A program made the position numbers and the translations under genes. A stretch of 52,761 nt of DNA from Anthoceros angustus (Eukaryota > Plantae > Anthocerotophyta): contig VJWM01000338.1 in the NCBI GenBank assembly GCA_010909165.1, positions 1 through 52,761 on the forward strand, in the 5' to 3' direction. The notes under the pieces were generated by a model, which made no database searches, was not told the DNA's origin, and saw only the letters and a list, made by a program, of their open reading frames with translations. Positions within the stretch are counted from its first letter, which is position 1. Each line of letters opens with the position of its first letter. Positions 23,270 through 36,021 of the stretch are shown here, in pieces.

Positions 23270-24660
23270 AGACTCACAAGCTGAGGTGCGAGAAGCCACC
23301 TCCATCAGGACTATCCCCATATCTGATCCATGTGTGGGGACACTACAACCTCCTGAAGGAGGGGGAAGAAGAGCGGGCGCTCCGGAAAGGGCTGGCGGCC
23401 CTACCGGAAGCGGAGCGGGCAAAGGCGCCCGAGGAGGAAGCCCGGCCCGTCCGGAGCAAGAGAGCGCGGGAGGAAGACGACTGGGAGGGAATCCCAGACT
23501 CCATACGTTTGGAGCGGACTCCCTCGCCACCAAGGGAAGTGTGGGAGGACATCCCCGCTTCCTCCTCCTCCCGGTCACCGAGCCATCCACAGAGACGGCC
23601 GAGGCGGGTGTCGGCGGCTCCAGCCGGCCATGCACCACCACAGGCGGCCGAGCCCGACGGACTCGGGGGGACCAAGAGGCGGAAGACGTGCCACCCGCCA
23701 ACGCACACTGGACGGCGCTGTGCCGCCCGCCAACGGAATGGCGGTGGAGGCCGAGGAGGCAGAAGGGCGGAAAGGGACGCCACCAAGGAGGCTACTAGCG
23801 GCCCACCGGGCAGGCCTGCCTCCGACCGGGAGAGGCAAGAGGGTCGCCCAACCCCTCACCCTCCGAGCCCTGGAGAAAGAGGGCGAGAGGGAGTTGGCGC
23901 CAAGAGGGCCAAAGAAGGTGAGGCTCGGGCCTCCGAGACCTAAGGGTCTGATTAGGGGAGAGCCCAGTCCGGACTCGCTCGGATCAGTATGGAGTCCTGG
24001 CAGAGAGATACCCTCCCCACAACGGACTTATTTGGGGCCTCACCAGTGGCAGCCGTGGAAGAGACACGGCGGGTCCTGGCTACCGTCATGGACGGTATGC
24101 TCTGGGGTCTCTGCGGGACGGCCGAGAAGACCCAGGAGGTGGAAGCCACAAGGAGGCGCATGGTGCTCCTCCAGGAGCAGATGGAGGCGGCCCAGGAGGC
24201 GAGGAGGAAGGCAGAAGCTCTCGGCCGCATCGAGGAGGGGAAGCGCCGGGAGGCCGAGAGGGAAGTCTGGTCCATTCGACAGGACCGGACTAAGTTTCTT
24301 CAGCTGGGTGAGCAGCTGAAGCAGGCACAGGAGGCCCAAGCACGGGCTGAGGATCTCTGCCAACGAAGGAGGGAGGCGCAGCAGGAGGCGGAGAGGGCTC
24401 GCGACCTGGCTGAGGCGGCCCGGCTGGCCCAACAGCAGACCAGCGAGGCTCAGCTGAAGGCAGCGCGGGAAGCGGAAGCCACGGCAAAGGTCGACCGGGA
24501 TCACTATCGACGTGATCGGAACCGGTGGAGGGAGACGGCTGGGGTAGCCGCGGCCAACCTCAAGGCCGAGCAGCGGCATGAGCAAGCACGGCCGAGCCGT
24601 GAGGAGGCGCTGGAGGTCACCGGGAGATCGGGGACCTGTGGTGCGAAGCCGCAGAGGTAG
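23270..24660 (+). mobile_element. GC-rich insertion encoding low-complexity and coiled-coil ORFs, resembling accessory ORFs of Gypsy-type LTR elements
   Basis: LSPYLIHVWGHYNLLKEGEE followed by Pro/Ser-rich linker and E/A/Q/R heptad region (23989-24660); no gag/pol motif in this fragment. Confidence 0.4.
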
Positions 24661-24799
24661 AAGGGCGGGAGGGAGGACAAGAAGGATACCTTGGAGCGCA
24701 ACTCCAAGACGCAAAGAACAAAAGCGACATTAAACAAAGACGAATGAATGAATGAAAATAGGTTCAAAGGTTTTTTGGAAAATGGGTGCAATCATGACA

Positions 24800-25440
24800 T
24801 GAGACAAGAGTTTCAATATACGCATCCATGAAGAGAACGCTGGCCGACCGGCCCCAACATGCCTTGCCTATGGGCGCCGGCCGGCCAGCGCCCTCCCCAA
24901 ACATACCCTCCTCATGAGCGCCGGCCGGCCGGTGCCCTCCCCATGCACCCCCTCCCCATGGGTGCTGGCCGACCGGCGCCCTCCCATGCATGTCCTCCTC
25001 ATGGGCTACCATTGAGAAAATAAATAGTTAGTGCTTCCAATGCTTTCTAGTTTGTGATAGTTGCTCAAGTGGTTTGAGAAAATTTAATCATGAGTAGATC
25101 ATGAGTTTAAGCTCACTAGAGTTTAAGTAAATCAACCCACTTGATTTTAAGGGCGCATGGGCACGAGCACTTAAGGGCGTTGGCATGCCCGTGCCGATGC
25201 GCCTTTCTGCTATCAATCTGAATGATTAAGTGCGCTGATGGCATGCCCGTGCCGATGCGCCCTTCTGCTCCGAATGATTAATGTGTTGGCATGCCCGCGC
25301 TAATGCACCCTTCCGCTATCAATCCAATGATATGGTTGATAGAAGGGCACATGCACCCATTTGCTATCAATCCGAATGATATGGTTTGATAGAGGGGCCC
25401 ATGCCTACTGCTATCGAGATGATATAGTTTGATAGATAAT
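24800..25440. repeat. Terminal module: GC-rich CATGGGCGCCGGCCGG repeats, tRNA-like boxes, TTGATAG/CTATCAA array
   Basis: Same order and orientation as 26700-27150; 25060-25380 homologous to 2535-2700. Confidence 0.6.
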
Positions 25441-26600
25441 ATCATAATTTTGAAGGGGTGAATAATCAAGGGGTTTTCCGTAAATAATCTCAAGGGGTTT
25501 TGATGGGCCCTAAAACAACGCTTTTAAGGCATTCGAAAACATCTCCAAAAAAGGGTGTCACCCACTAAAGTTCCTACTTTCCATCCAAAGAATGTTTCAC
25601 GAATGGTGGTCAAACTCGAACCTATGGGATTAATGCAAAGTAGGAACGGTAAGGAAGGCCGTTCTCCCGGAAGGGACGATATAGAATTCAGTTTTGGGAG
25701 GAAAATGTGGTTTAGTAAGGACACAACAAAAGCCAATGTGGTATTTCCAAAACACAAGAATATCCGGAACTGACGTACAACATTCACTGGGACCCCGGAC
25801 AAACCGTGATTTCGCCACTCATCACCGTAGTTCAATCCTTCGTCATCACTTGGTCCAAATTCTCCAAAGATTGTCATCACTATCTTCAGCACTTTGACTC
25901 GCAGTATGAAGCCGCAACTGCAGAGCTTATCCCTTATCGCTTTTGTCCACCGCATACACATGTTTCGCGCTCAACACAAACCCATAATTCAAGATGGTGT
26001 TTCATTCACAAACACCTCTTGTATGTTTTTGGGTAATGGACCTTATTCCTTTTTCCCCAAGATCGCACTGGGTTGCACTGACTGACCATGTATTCCTACA
26101 CATATCTCCTTCAGACGCATCCGTGTGCTCGGTCCGATACTGGATAAGAAAGTGAGGTCGTGGTGCATCTAGCTCACGTCCAATGACTTTCCCAATCCAT
26201 GCGCGTGTCCATAGTGCATGGTGCACCGCTGTAAACATCCCCTCGGATTTCCATTATGTCCCCATTCATCCGCCATTCTATCTTCCGCATTTTGATATGC
26301 CCTCACATATCACGCCGTGGGAGGTCCTCAATAATGCCTCATCTAGCAAAGCTTCATCCGCACTTGAAGTGGTCAGCCGTATGATCCACTTCGCACGTGA
26401 AAACCACTTCCAAGGAAGCTGTAGCACTAGCCCAATGTTATTCTCCACAATGATAGTAATCTCCTTTTGGTCCACCCAAAAGGCTTTCCACCACTTGTAC
26501 TCTTCAGCAGTCACCTATGGACGCAAATCTTTTAACCCTTCCAAAGCCAAATGGGCCCTTCCGTCGGTGATAGAATACTGGTTCCTTCTTATCCCCCGCT
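25440..26600 (-). pseudogene. DUF7869-transposon gene fragment (post-catalytic region), internally deleted or diverged
   Basis: WWKAFWVDQKEITIIVENN..WKW matches WEDQEEIATIVDNN..WKW at 45130-45200; ENPLIIHPF matches KTPFVNIHPL (~3200) and TILPPF (~46670). Confidence 0.55.
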
Positions 26601-27160
26601 TCACCATGCATGGTAGGATGGTGCTAGGGCGCCGGCGGGCGCCCTTCAGCATGCCTCATGGGTGTACATGCCGTCGGTGCATGTGGGTGGAGCTAGGGGA
26701 GGCGCGATCGGCCCGCGCCTCCCCTGCCACACTCATGGGCGCCGGCCGGGCCCTCCCCTAACACACCGCCCATGGGCACCGGCCGCGCCCCCACACTGCC
26801 CATGGTGGCCGGCCGGCAGCGCCATCCCCTAACACCTTGCCCATGGGCGCCTGGCCGCCTCCCCCCCTGCCCATGGGCGCGCCGCCCTCCCACTCCTCAT
26901 GGCTCTTAAAGAAAATTAATATTTAGCGGCTCATAAGTCTTGTAGCTTGAACTTGTTCGTTGGAATCGGACATAAATAAAGTTGTTGTTGAAAGAAGTGG
27001 TTGGGATAAAGGTACAATAATGAGGAGGTTTTGAGTTCGAATCTTACATCTTCATCAAAACTCAGCTTTGTTGACTTTAAGGGCGCTTGCATGGATGCAT
27101 GGGCGCATGGGCAACCAACTTTGTTCATTTTAAGGACGCTTGCATTGCCTTAAAGCCCAA
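26600..27160. repeat. Second terminal module with GC-rich repeats and a short LINE-type tail
   Basis: CCATGGGCGC..GGCCG repeats; ACATAAATAAAGTTGTTGTTG at 26970-26990; AACCAACTTTGTT.ATTTTAAG near 27113. Confidence 0.55.
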
Positions 27161-28299
27161 GTGGTTGCATTGAGTGCCAGAAGGTTGAAGACCACGATTG
27201 GCGAGCTTTTGGATGAGGGTCAGCAGACCCTAAATGTTGTGTGTAGGCGAGGTGTTGGGAGTGGAGAACGTGGTGACAATGGATCCAGTGATGGGGGGCA
27301 CTCAAGCTCAAGAATTATACTAATGAATACAAGCATTGGAGGAGAATGAGACTTTTTGACGAGAGGATATGGACCGCCTTCGGAATTTGGTGGTGGTCCT
27401 TGACTCAGTATCGGCACAAGGCATAGATGAGTTGCTCGGCCAAACTCTTGAATGACTATTGTCAATGCTGATGACCACTTCCTCCTTTAGGAGTTGTTTG
27501 TTGAAATGTTCTCACGACCACTGAAATAAGACTCCCGTTAATACAGGATTGTTTTCATTGTGTTCCACCACTTGAAAGTAAAAGTTTTCGGTTGTAATAA
27601 ACAAATGAAAATGGCAGCCCTCTATGCATTCTACAAAAACGCAGACGGGCCCACACACACCCTCGTGCTCTAGGAGTGTAGACTTGAAAGTAACAAGATA
27701 ATATTTGAATCAGGAATATACGAACCCGCTTTGAAAACCCGGGACCAGTTCGTTCCCATCCAAATCGTGATGCAAGTTTAATGCTTGTGGTTTGCGCATC
27801 CCGTTTTGTGGGTGCTTTCACGATGTGGGTATGTGTTATGCATTGGACCTCTCTCGGTGCAGCCGAATGTCTTAAAGGTGAAACGAGCTCTGGATATTTT
27901 GCAGCCGTCAGCGGATGTCATCCACGACAAAGCGAATAACAATGTCTCATAGTTAAAGAAGGAGGATAGCAGGGCGGCATGCGGCGCCATCTGATTCTAA
28001 CCATGCGGTTATGGTACTTTCAAAAGTAAACTAGACTTACTTCCCTCTGGGGATTCTCGGCAGGGGTGGCTCGGAGGCATTGTCGACACGCTATCTAACA
28101 CAACTTCTCCTTCCTCGAGCATCCTCGGATCCTCAAAATTGTCGTTTGACCATAGCATTTCCGTGATATCGCATCCTCCTTGCTCTTCTCCAAATAGTCG
28201 GGATGCCACAATGCGGGGGTTTTGGCGATCATCATCACTCTCAGCAACCCAAGTGGGACTACGGGCACAGGATGCATCCTTCTCGGACAAGCTCAATTC

Positions 28300-30400
28300 T
28301 TTTGCCCAGGTGGGTGGGGCCTCGGCGGTGTGGCTCATGGGTCAACTCCTCCTCTGCGTCAGGTAAAACTTCATAGCCATAGATCCTTTGCGGAATGAAC
28401 TTGCAGCGTTTGTCAACCTCCGCAATGCAATTTCGGCCACAAGGAGTGCCGCTAATGTCGTTGTTCCACTCCACGCACATGCATCTAATATCAATCTCCT
28501 TCTGCGGAAGTTCTTGATCAACTTCATCATTAGACCATTGGCCTCACGATGCGGAAACAACCAGCTTGTCGGTGACATGTATAATCTTCTTCACCAGTCG
28601 TGTGCAATAACGCTCGCCCATTATTGAAAGAGCCACGCAAGGTGACGACATGGACACCTTTGTCTTCTTGCTCGTGCGGTCACACCCCACCGATGTACTC
28701 CACGATGTCAAAGCCTCCTTGGTCATTGTGCATATTAGTTTTGAGACCATGCCTCCACCACACCACTTCCTCATACTCTCACGACAATGCGGCTCTTCCA
28801 CACCATGCATTACTATCATTACGATCTCGTCGCACATTGTCATGTCATGGAAGGAATGAAATATGTTTGCCATTTGCGCCTCAAGTTTGACATCATACTT
28901 CCCTTGTTGTTGAATCCCACAGGGACATCCATCACCACCGTTGTATACTTCCGACTCCAAAGAAACCCTCTCATTTACGCCACATCTCTGCGCACCACTT
29001 GATACTTCACTAACTCCTCTGGGGCACGATAAAAGATTGCAGCCCTTCCTCCATGTCCATGTCCGCAAGTGCCCTCTGCTCATCCTCCAGCCCTTTCCAT
29101 GTGTGGACCTCTAATATAAAAGCACGGAAATCTTACGGTAGCTTTTGGTCTTCAACATCTTTAACTTCTGCAAAATAACACAAAACAAGTGAGGTTGCGA
29201 AAGTCGATTGCGGGGACAATAGGGAAAGGGAGGCGGCATGCGGCGCCCTCAATAGTTCTATCTTGGTAGAGCAGTGAAACTCACCTTCCCTTGAGGCGGT
29301 CTAAATGCATCCGTTGAGTGCAGTACTCCTTCCTCACCATCTCGAATGAATTGCAGCCTAGATGCTTACATGCCGCCACTTGGATCACATGTAGTTTCTT
29401 AGAAGAGTGATCTCCTTGGCCATACCATTGAGGTCTATGAGACTGTCGACCTTCTCGATTGACAGTCAACATTTTTGGCGGTCTCACCCGGTGGAATACC
29501 ACGAAAACTTAGGCTTCCTTGCATGTCCTTTTGGCTTCACAAAACTTTGGTCCACCGACTTCGCCTCATCTGATCTTAGTTTCCCCTTGCTCTTGCTTGT
29601 TCCTATGACAACATGTTTGGCTTATTACGGCAACATGGCCTCCACTTCGTGAAGATCTTATCGACATTTTCCCACACTCTCCCTCAAGTTTGGCGATGCA
29701 AAGGATATGTGTGCGATTATCGACCTTGTTTTGCTATCTTGCTCATCCTCTCGGCCTCATCATCATCTATCAAGCCCCACCTTATACTGGGTTGAACTTC
29801 CGGTTCATGCTCATATTGACACCATCTCTCTTTGCAATACAGCTCATCTCATAAAGTACTTACTTGCTCAATGAAATTCATCTTCGTTTGTCGGACATAG
29901 TGTTGTGGTGATTGGCGGAACCCTCATCTCAGTAAGTGAGCCCACAATACACATGGGCTTCCATCCATCCATCGGCCTTGATGGAATATGCGCGGATGCT
30001 TCATCGGCTGCATAGGTGTGATTGCCACGAGCACTCCATGACATACTTCTTGGCTCTAAACTTACTATGGATTGAATGTCGGCGGTCCGATGGGTCAATC
30101 ATGCATAGTAGACACACCTTCCCACTCTACCTTCGAAATGACTCGAGCCGGTGGTTGGTCCAAGCATCAAATCCACAATCTGTATCTGGAGAAAGAAAGG
30201 ATCACGAGGCCTTAATTCTCTAATTTCAAAAAGGCATTTCCGAGACCACTTTCTTAGCGTATCTTTGCCTCCTACGATACTCCATAAATAATCTTCGACC
30301 ATCCACAGAATGGGCCTCAGGCCTCTCCCGTCGATCGCGACAACATGCATAAGTGTCCATACGCTTTAGTGTGACATGACATAGCTAGATTTGTGTCATT
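28300..30400 (-). pseudogene. ParB-like + beta-class N4C/N6A DNA methyltransferase (N6_N4_Mtase-like), copy A, decayed
   Basis: WTNHRL (30145-30162, ParB-like DGNHR remnant); TTVVMDVPVG (motif IV-like, 28915-28929); GFDIVEYI; RGSFNNGR; LMMKLIKNF..ILDACAWSGTTTLAALL.GRNCIA.EVD (motif I, ~28410-28530). Confidence 0.75.
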
Positions 30401-32288
30401 TGGTCACATGGACCCGGCCCTCTGTGTCATCGAATTCAAAATTACAGCAGGAAGGAACCTCGCGGGAACATAAAAATGTGGCGCTCCGCGTGTCCACTTT
30501 CTAGAGGCCAGGAACCGATCGTGCATAACCAAGCCGGACTTCCTTCGCCCATTACGCCATCCCGTTGATGTCATATGGACCGCGGTGGGTGTTGCTTTGG
30601 GATGCATTCATGGCATATGTTCTTGAATTGATGTGAAAAGCTTGCATTCTGCGGTGAGCGTACATACACTGCGATACAGGGTGCAAATGCGGAGGCGAGC
30701 GGTGCGGCGATCGTTGTGTGTAAGGTTTCCGGCATGGATTGTGTAGGAATCGCCGATTGTGCGAGAATAAGCGATTTGTGATTGGAAGTTTCTCAAGCGA
30801 TTGGGGTGGTTACGCCCATGATGGCCCGCTCTCCTTGTAGTCAGCAGCGGTATTGGGGTGAGAAGGCGTCTGCGGCGGGAGCTTTGGCGAAGGCTGCGAG
30901 CAAGCGCAAAATAGGAATGAGCCGGTGGACATAGTAGGCAGTGCAGCGGCAACATCGGCCTCCACCTCCACAAGCCCAGTGCGGCAGCGATGCAGCGCGT
31001 TATTTCAAGGTCGTTGGGGTTGATACCGCACAATCTCGTGGCCAGCAACTAGCAAGGGGCTTGGAGAGCAATTCTTGCGGATGACAAGTGAGTTCTCGAT
31101 TGCAATGTCGTGAGATCTATAGTACTTTTGAAGAGCTTCCTCTGAAGGACTTTCGGACTCCCGGCACCGGAAAGATGAAGAGTTGTTTATCGCTCATGAG
31201 GAATATGATGGCATGTAAGAATTTGAAGGATGTTCGTGTCGGCGATCACCGCGAGCCGTAAATACGCCTGAATATCATTTTGCCGGTCGGATGACCATCG
31301 ATTCCCACACGCCAAGCACATTGGTGTGAGTTGGAGCGCATCCGATCTGCAGTGAAATTATGGGGTGGGAAGGATTGTCGGGCCAAGGTATGTGGTGCGG
31401 GTCCCAAGGAAGCTTAGGTCCGATGTGATCTCGGATGATGTGAAAGCCAGATTCTGCACTGGGAGCTCGCCTCTCGACCTTCCTCCAACACAAAGGACAC
31501 CAAGCGCCACGCATCGGGACCAAACACTTTTGAGACATCATCCACTTCTTGGATACTTCATGTGAGATGAATATGTCACTGGATTCCATGCTTGTGTTGT
31601 GAGTGCGAACCTTCATCTGTGCTCCCTCACCTTCCATGCTTGTTTGTACTTCACGGCGTTATATGTTAGCACTACCTTCCAAATTCGTGTTTGACTCTTG
31701 GGCATGATGGTATGGAAGGGTGTTCACGAGGCTTCTCGTATGCATACCGGTGTTGTGATTTAGGGAGGTGATATGGGGTGGATGATTGGTGTTGGAAGGG
31801 CTATGTGATGCCCGTATGGCCTTGTGATGGTTTGGGCTGATTGGTGATGTTGATTCCCGCACTGGTTATGTTTGGGCAAGGCCGGGTTCCCTTTGGTGTG
31901 GGAGGACGGGGTGTTGTGGTTGCGCTTTGATTGGGGTGGTCACCGGGTGATTTTAGTGGACGCGTGGATGATGTGGAACCGGTGATGTGGTGGTCCGCTA
32001 TCTTGTTGATTGATGCGGTGATGTGGATGATGGCATGGTGATAAGGTGGACGGATTGGTGATGTCATGGAGTAGGTGGAGCTCGCTTTGCACTTAGTGAT
32101 GTGGTGGATGTGTTGGTGTTGATGATGGAATGGTGATCACCGCACGGTTTGGTGATGTTTTGGAGTTGTTCCATTTTAGTTGGCATCACTTGGTGACCTC
32201 GTGTCCGTCGTTGGAAGTGTGTTGCACGTTTTGATATTGGCCATCCATCGGTGATACCATCTGCATGTTGTAATGAAATCTGTTTGAT

Positions 32289-33750
32289 GTGTGCAATTCT
32301 AGTTCTGCGAGCATCGACATTTCAATTGGGCAGCGAACTTTTGAGAAATTGAAGCCGTATTTTGTGAAAGACTGCAGGCGGAACTTGTCTTTGTCTTGGT
32401 ATCATGTGGAAATGGCCTTTCTCAAGGCGCTTTCAATGCTATCTTGTCTGTCTTTCAAGTGTGCATCCGAGGTCAATGTCATTATCCATGTGACATATGT
32501 GCTCCCCAAGAAGGTGACGGGCTTGTTCAAGAGTGTAGTCAAGCAACACATGTGTTGTCTGTATCAGGATGTTGTCGAAATTGCTTTGTGTGCGAAGGAG
32601 GCAAGCTGGATGGCACAACCTCGCATGTTTGCGGGGCACTTGTGTGGGGAATTGCAGCGCCCCGAGTCATCGAATGATAAGCTTCCTCGGTCCAGTCCTC
32701 GGTGGCGCGTTTTCAATACCAAGTCGTTGGTTTCCCAAGATGGGCATGAGAAGAAGCGGATCAAACTTGTTTTCATGGAGACTCATCCATTGATTTTGTC
32801 ATGTACTTGAAAGAAAAATTGAAAGAGTTCATCACGCGATTTTGTGCTGATAGCAAGGTTGGAATTTCGATTGCTTGGAGTGGTTCCGTGATGTTGTCGT
32901 CTACATCATGGACTTGATCGAACTATGCGTTTGGTGTTCAAAAGCGAAATTCAATCTATGCATTGGCATAATGACCAGTTTCGATTTTTGTCTTGGTGTT
33001 CTATAGGAGGACGGGTCCAATTGATGCACGAGGAACCGGCTGCTAACATCGACAAATACTATCACTTCTACATCGGTGATGATATGGTCCACGATACCTT
33101 TGTTGTATGCAAGATTCATGTTGCATTGGCGGATGGATGCGGTCTTTCAGTGCCCGGGAACATTGGTGTTGGTCGATGGGGCTAGTCAATTTAAAGCATG
33201 TAGGCCTTCTTACTTTGTTGCGGTACCCTAAGCTTGACTGGTGGTTGCAAGATGCTATGGTCGTTCTTTGGCGTGGGCATGGCAAAGGCGAACATGGAGC
33301 AGTGCAATCTTGAAAAGGGCATTGCGGGCTGCGAGTCCTCTCCGAATGCTCCTGCGATGCGCCTCGATGTTGTCACCTACTTAAGAGAACATCTCGGCGG
33401 TGCAACAACGTCGTCTGAGTGGAGCATCGTCCATAGGAGCTTGGCGATTGGGAAAAGCGAGGTGAGCAGGAGGAACAAGTTTAATTGTGACCCAATACAG
33501 GTCAAAAAATGCATAGCATATATGGTTTCTTCTGGACCCAACTCAATGAAAATGCATGTTGGCATGTACATCTTGTTGTCTTGACGCATTCTCTATAAAC
33601 GCCGCCCATGCGAGGATCTGGAGACTCGTATCCATTAGGCCACATGGACAACCCACGGAGCCGTACTCGGAGAAGAGGGATGGTGTGGCGGATACCTTCG
33701 CGTTTGCTACTCGGGAGGAACAAGGAGCTTTGGAAACTACCGTTGATGGC
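32289..33750 (+). mobile_element. Sola2-type DNA transposase, decayed
   Basis: ISIGQRTFEKLKPYFVK, KRIKLVFMET, D..NY.F..Q.EIQSMHWHNDQ, HFYIGDDMVHDT, HWCWSDG.SQFKA, WSFFG.GHGKGEH (33275-33295). Confidence 0.8.
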
Positions 33751-35559
33751 CTTGACGATGATGCTATGGAGGATGTAGGACATGGCCGACCTCCTAGAAG
33801 TTGGTGATACGTTTGTTGTGCGGCGACGAGGCGAGGGCAATTGTTTTACCTTGTCGTTGCACGGTTGAAGCAAACCCTCTGTAACAAGTGGTGCCCTTGG
33901 AGCAACTCAACATTAGTGGGAGAAGTGGTTGGTTCTGGGATACTACACACTCCACGGCGGCGTCTGTGTACACAGGTGAAGAGAATGAGGAGTGCACCCT
34001 TCATGCCGACTGTGTCCTAAGTTGCAAGATTGAACTGCGGGTGTACACTGATAGTGAAGGTGTGGAGTGCTATTCTTTAGAGGGGGAAGCTCTCGACAGA
34101 GTGACCACCTTGGTGAGAGAAAGCAACTCGAGCCTTGTGCTAGAAAGCACATGTGCGTAATGATTGGTCACCCTCTATTGTACGAGGCCCACGTTTGGCA
34201 AACATAACCACGCGACCACCAAACAGCTGGTCACTAACTATTTGCTCACTAACCAGGTTGTCACTAACCAGGTGGCGCCCAGGTTCACCAGAAAGTTATT
34301 TTGCAAATGGGTCTTGTCCATGTTAACACGTTGATACATGGCTTCTTTAGGGGTCTGAAGGTCCAAGCGGGATGCACACATATGCCGATTGCATTCATGC
34401 AAAACACTTATTCGTGGAATTTGCTTACAAGGGCATTTGCATTAAAAGTTGAGTTCTGGTCTCCGGGACACATGATTATCCGCCACACGTTGAAGCCCAC
34501 TTTACGCCAATTGACCCCACGTGGTGTCCAGGCCTTGTCCTTGGTGGCACATAGTCAGGCTTTAAATGGCGCACAAGCCCGGGTCAGTCACTGCATCTTC
34601 TTACGGCTACCAGGAATGCAATGGCCGCCATGTGCTCTAACTTGGGTCTTGTGATTTGTCGAACCCACACGCCGCTCCTCTGGTTCCGCCCTTGATCTGG
34701 GAGAAGCCATGGGCAGCCGAGGGAGCTTGATGGAAGCGAAGGTTTTGGCCGCAATGCGGCGGTTCAAGATCGGCCCGGGCGGTGGCGCGGCGCGTTCAGC
34801 GAAGAGGGAGCGTGGATCGCCATATGCAGAAGACCTCGAAGTCGCTCGGAGGAAGGGATGTCGATTGTTGAGGATGATTGTGACATATGTATAGACAATG
34901 AATCAAGGATGGCGGTGGAAAGTGGCGACTCTTGATGGCGCAGGTTTGCCCAGCTACGCAATGGAAGCATGCTGTTAGCTACGGTCTTGTGATTGGGGCC
35001 GTCTTCCACATTGCGTTGGATAGCCTGGACATGGCGTGCATGTTGTTGTGCCGAAGCCCTTGTAGGCGGCAGCGTGCTTGGATGTAGTTGTTACCCAAGT
35101 CTCGTAACTAGATCCCTCCCCAGGCTGTGTACCTGAGTTGGAAAGGATGTTGTGTGGCATGTGCTAATGCAAGGCGGGTTGAAGGCATGTTTCGTTAATG
35201 TCAAGTGCGGTAAATCTTGTTGCCTCATGTCGGCAAGTTTATCGTGACCATTGTATGTGGATCAACCAAAAAGCACGGGCCTCCTTAACAACCCTACATT
35301 TAGGCATGGGTGCCTAGAAACTCAAAACCACGCACGGTGCGCCGACCATACCAGCCAAGACAATCACTTGACTGAGTCCCTCCTTGTCATGCTCCCTCTT
35401 AGCCACCCTCGGATATTTGGCGATTGTGGGGCTCACACTGGATGTCTTGGGTAGCCTTGGGATGGCGATCATCTGAAGTTTGCCAAAACCATGTCCTCCT
35501 CTATTGCGATTGGGGTGACCACGGACACACGAGTTAGGAGCTGGTACACCCCTCGAATT

Positions 35560-36021
35560 TGGCTCTGCTCGTAATAATAAGCCATGATCACCCTCATAGG
35601 AAACACCTTGCCGCTTTGCCATGCTTTGTCGAAGCGGCTTGGCTATGTGGGCGTCGATACATCACATAGAACTCCACATGCTCTACATTTCCCTTGGGAG
35701 CCAACCATAAAGTTACTACACCGCACGGGTGTCCACTCATAAGACCTTGAGGCATGGGTGGGGCGGGCACTTCATCCACATTCTCTGTGACCATTGAGCA
35801 CCCTTGTGCTTCCCACGGATGTTTCTTTTGGGGGCTGTTTCCCATTCTTCCTTTTCAGGCCTCCGGCGAACTTGGCGGAGGAGGTGGCGCTCTCTGGGAC
35901 TCCATTTATGCATCTTTTTCCTTTCCTTCATTGGTTTTCTGATTCGCCCACGGTGCTCGAACTCATCAACCATTTCAAAAGTCACCATTTCATTCGCAGG
36001 CCCACCTTCTTCATTGGGCAT
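35560..36021 (-). pseudogene. Myb/SANT-like (trihelix-type) DNA-binding domain remnant, probably TE-associated
   Basis: KWSPRERHLLRQVRRRPEKEEWETAPK..KGAQW, later SRFDKAW; spaced Trp pattern only. Confidence 0.4.

Noticed and set aside
25436-25460. TIR pair CCCCTTCAAAATTAT with 46676-46697
   Set aside because: Both are the same coding block (IHPF/LPPF) of oppositely oriented gene copies, not element ends
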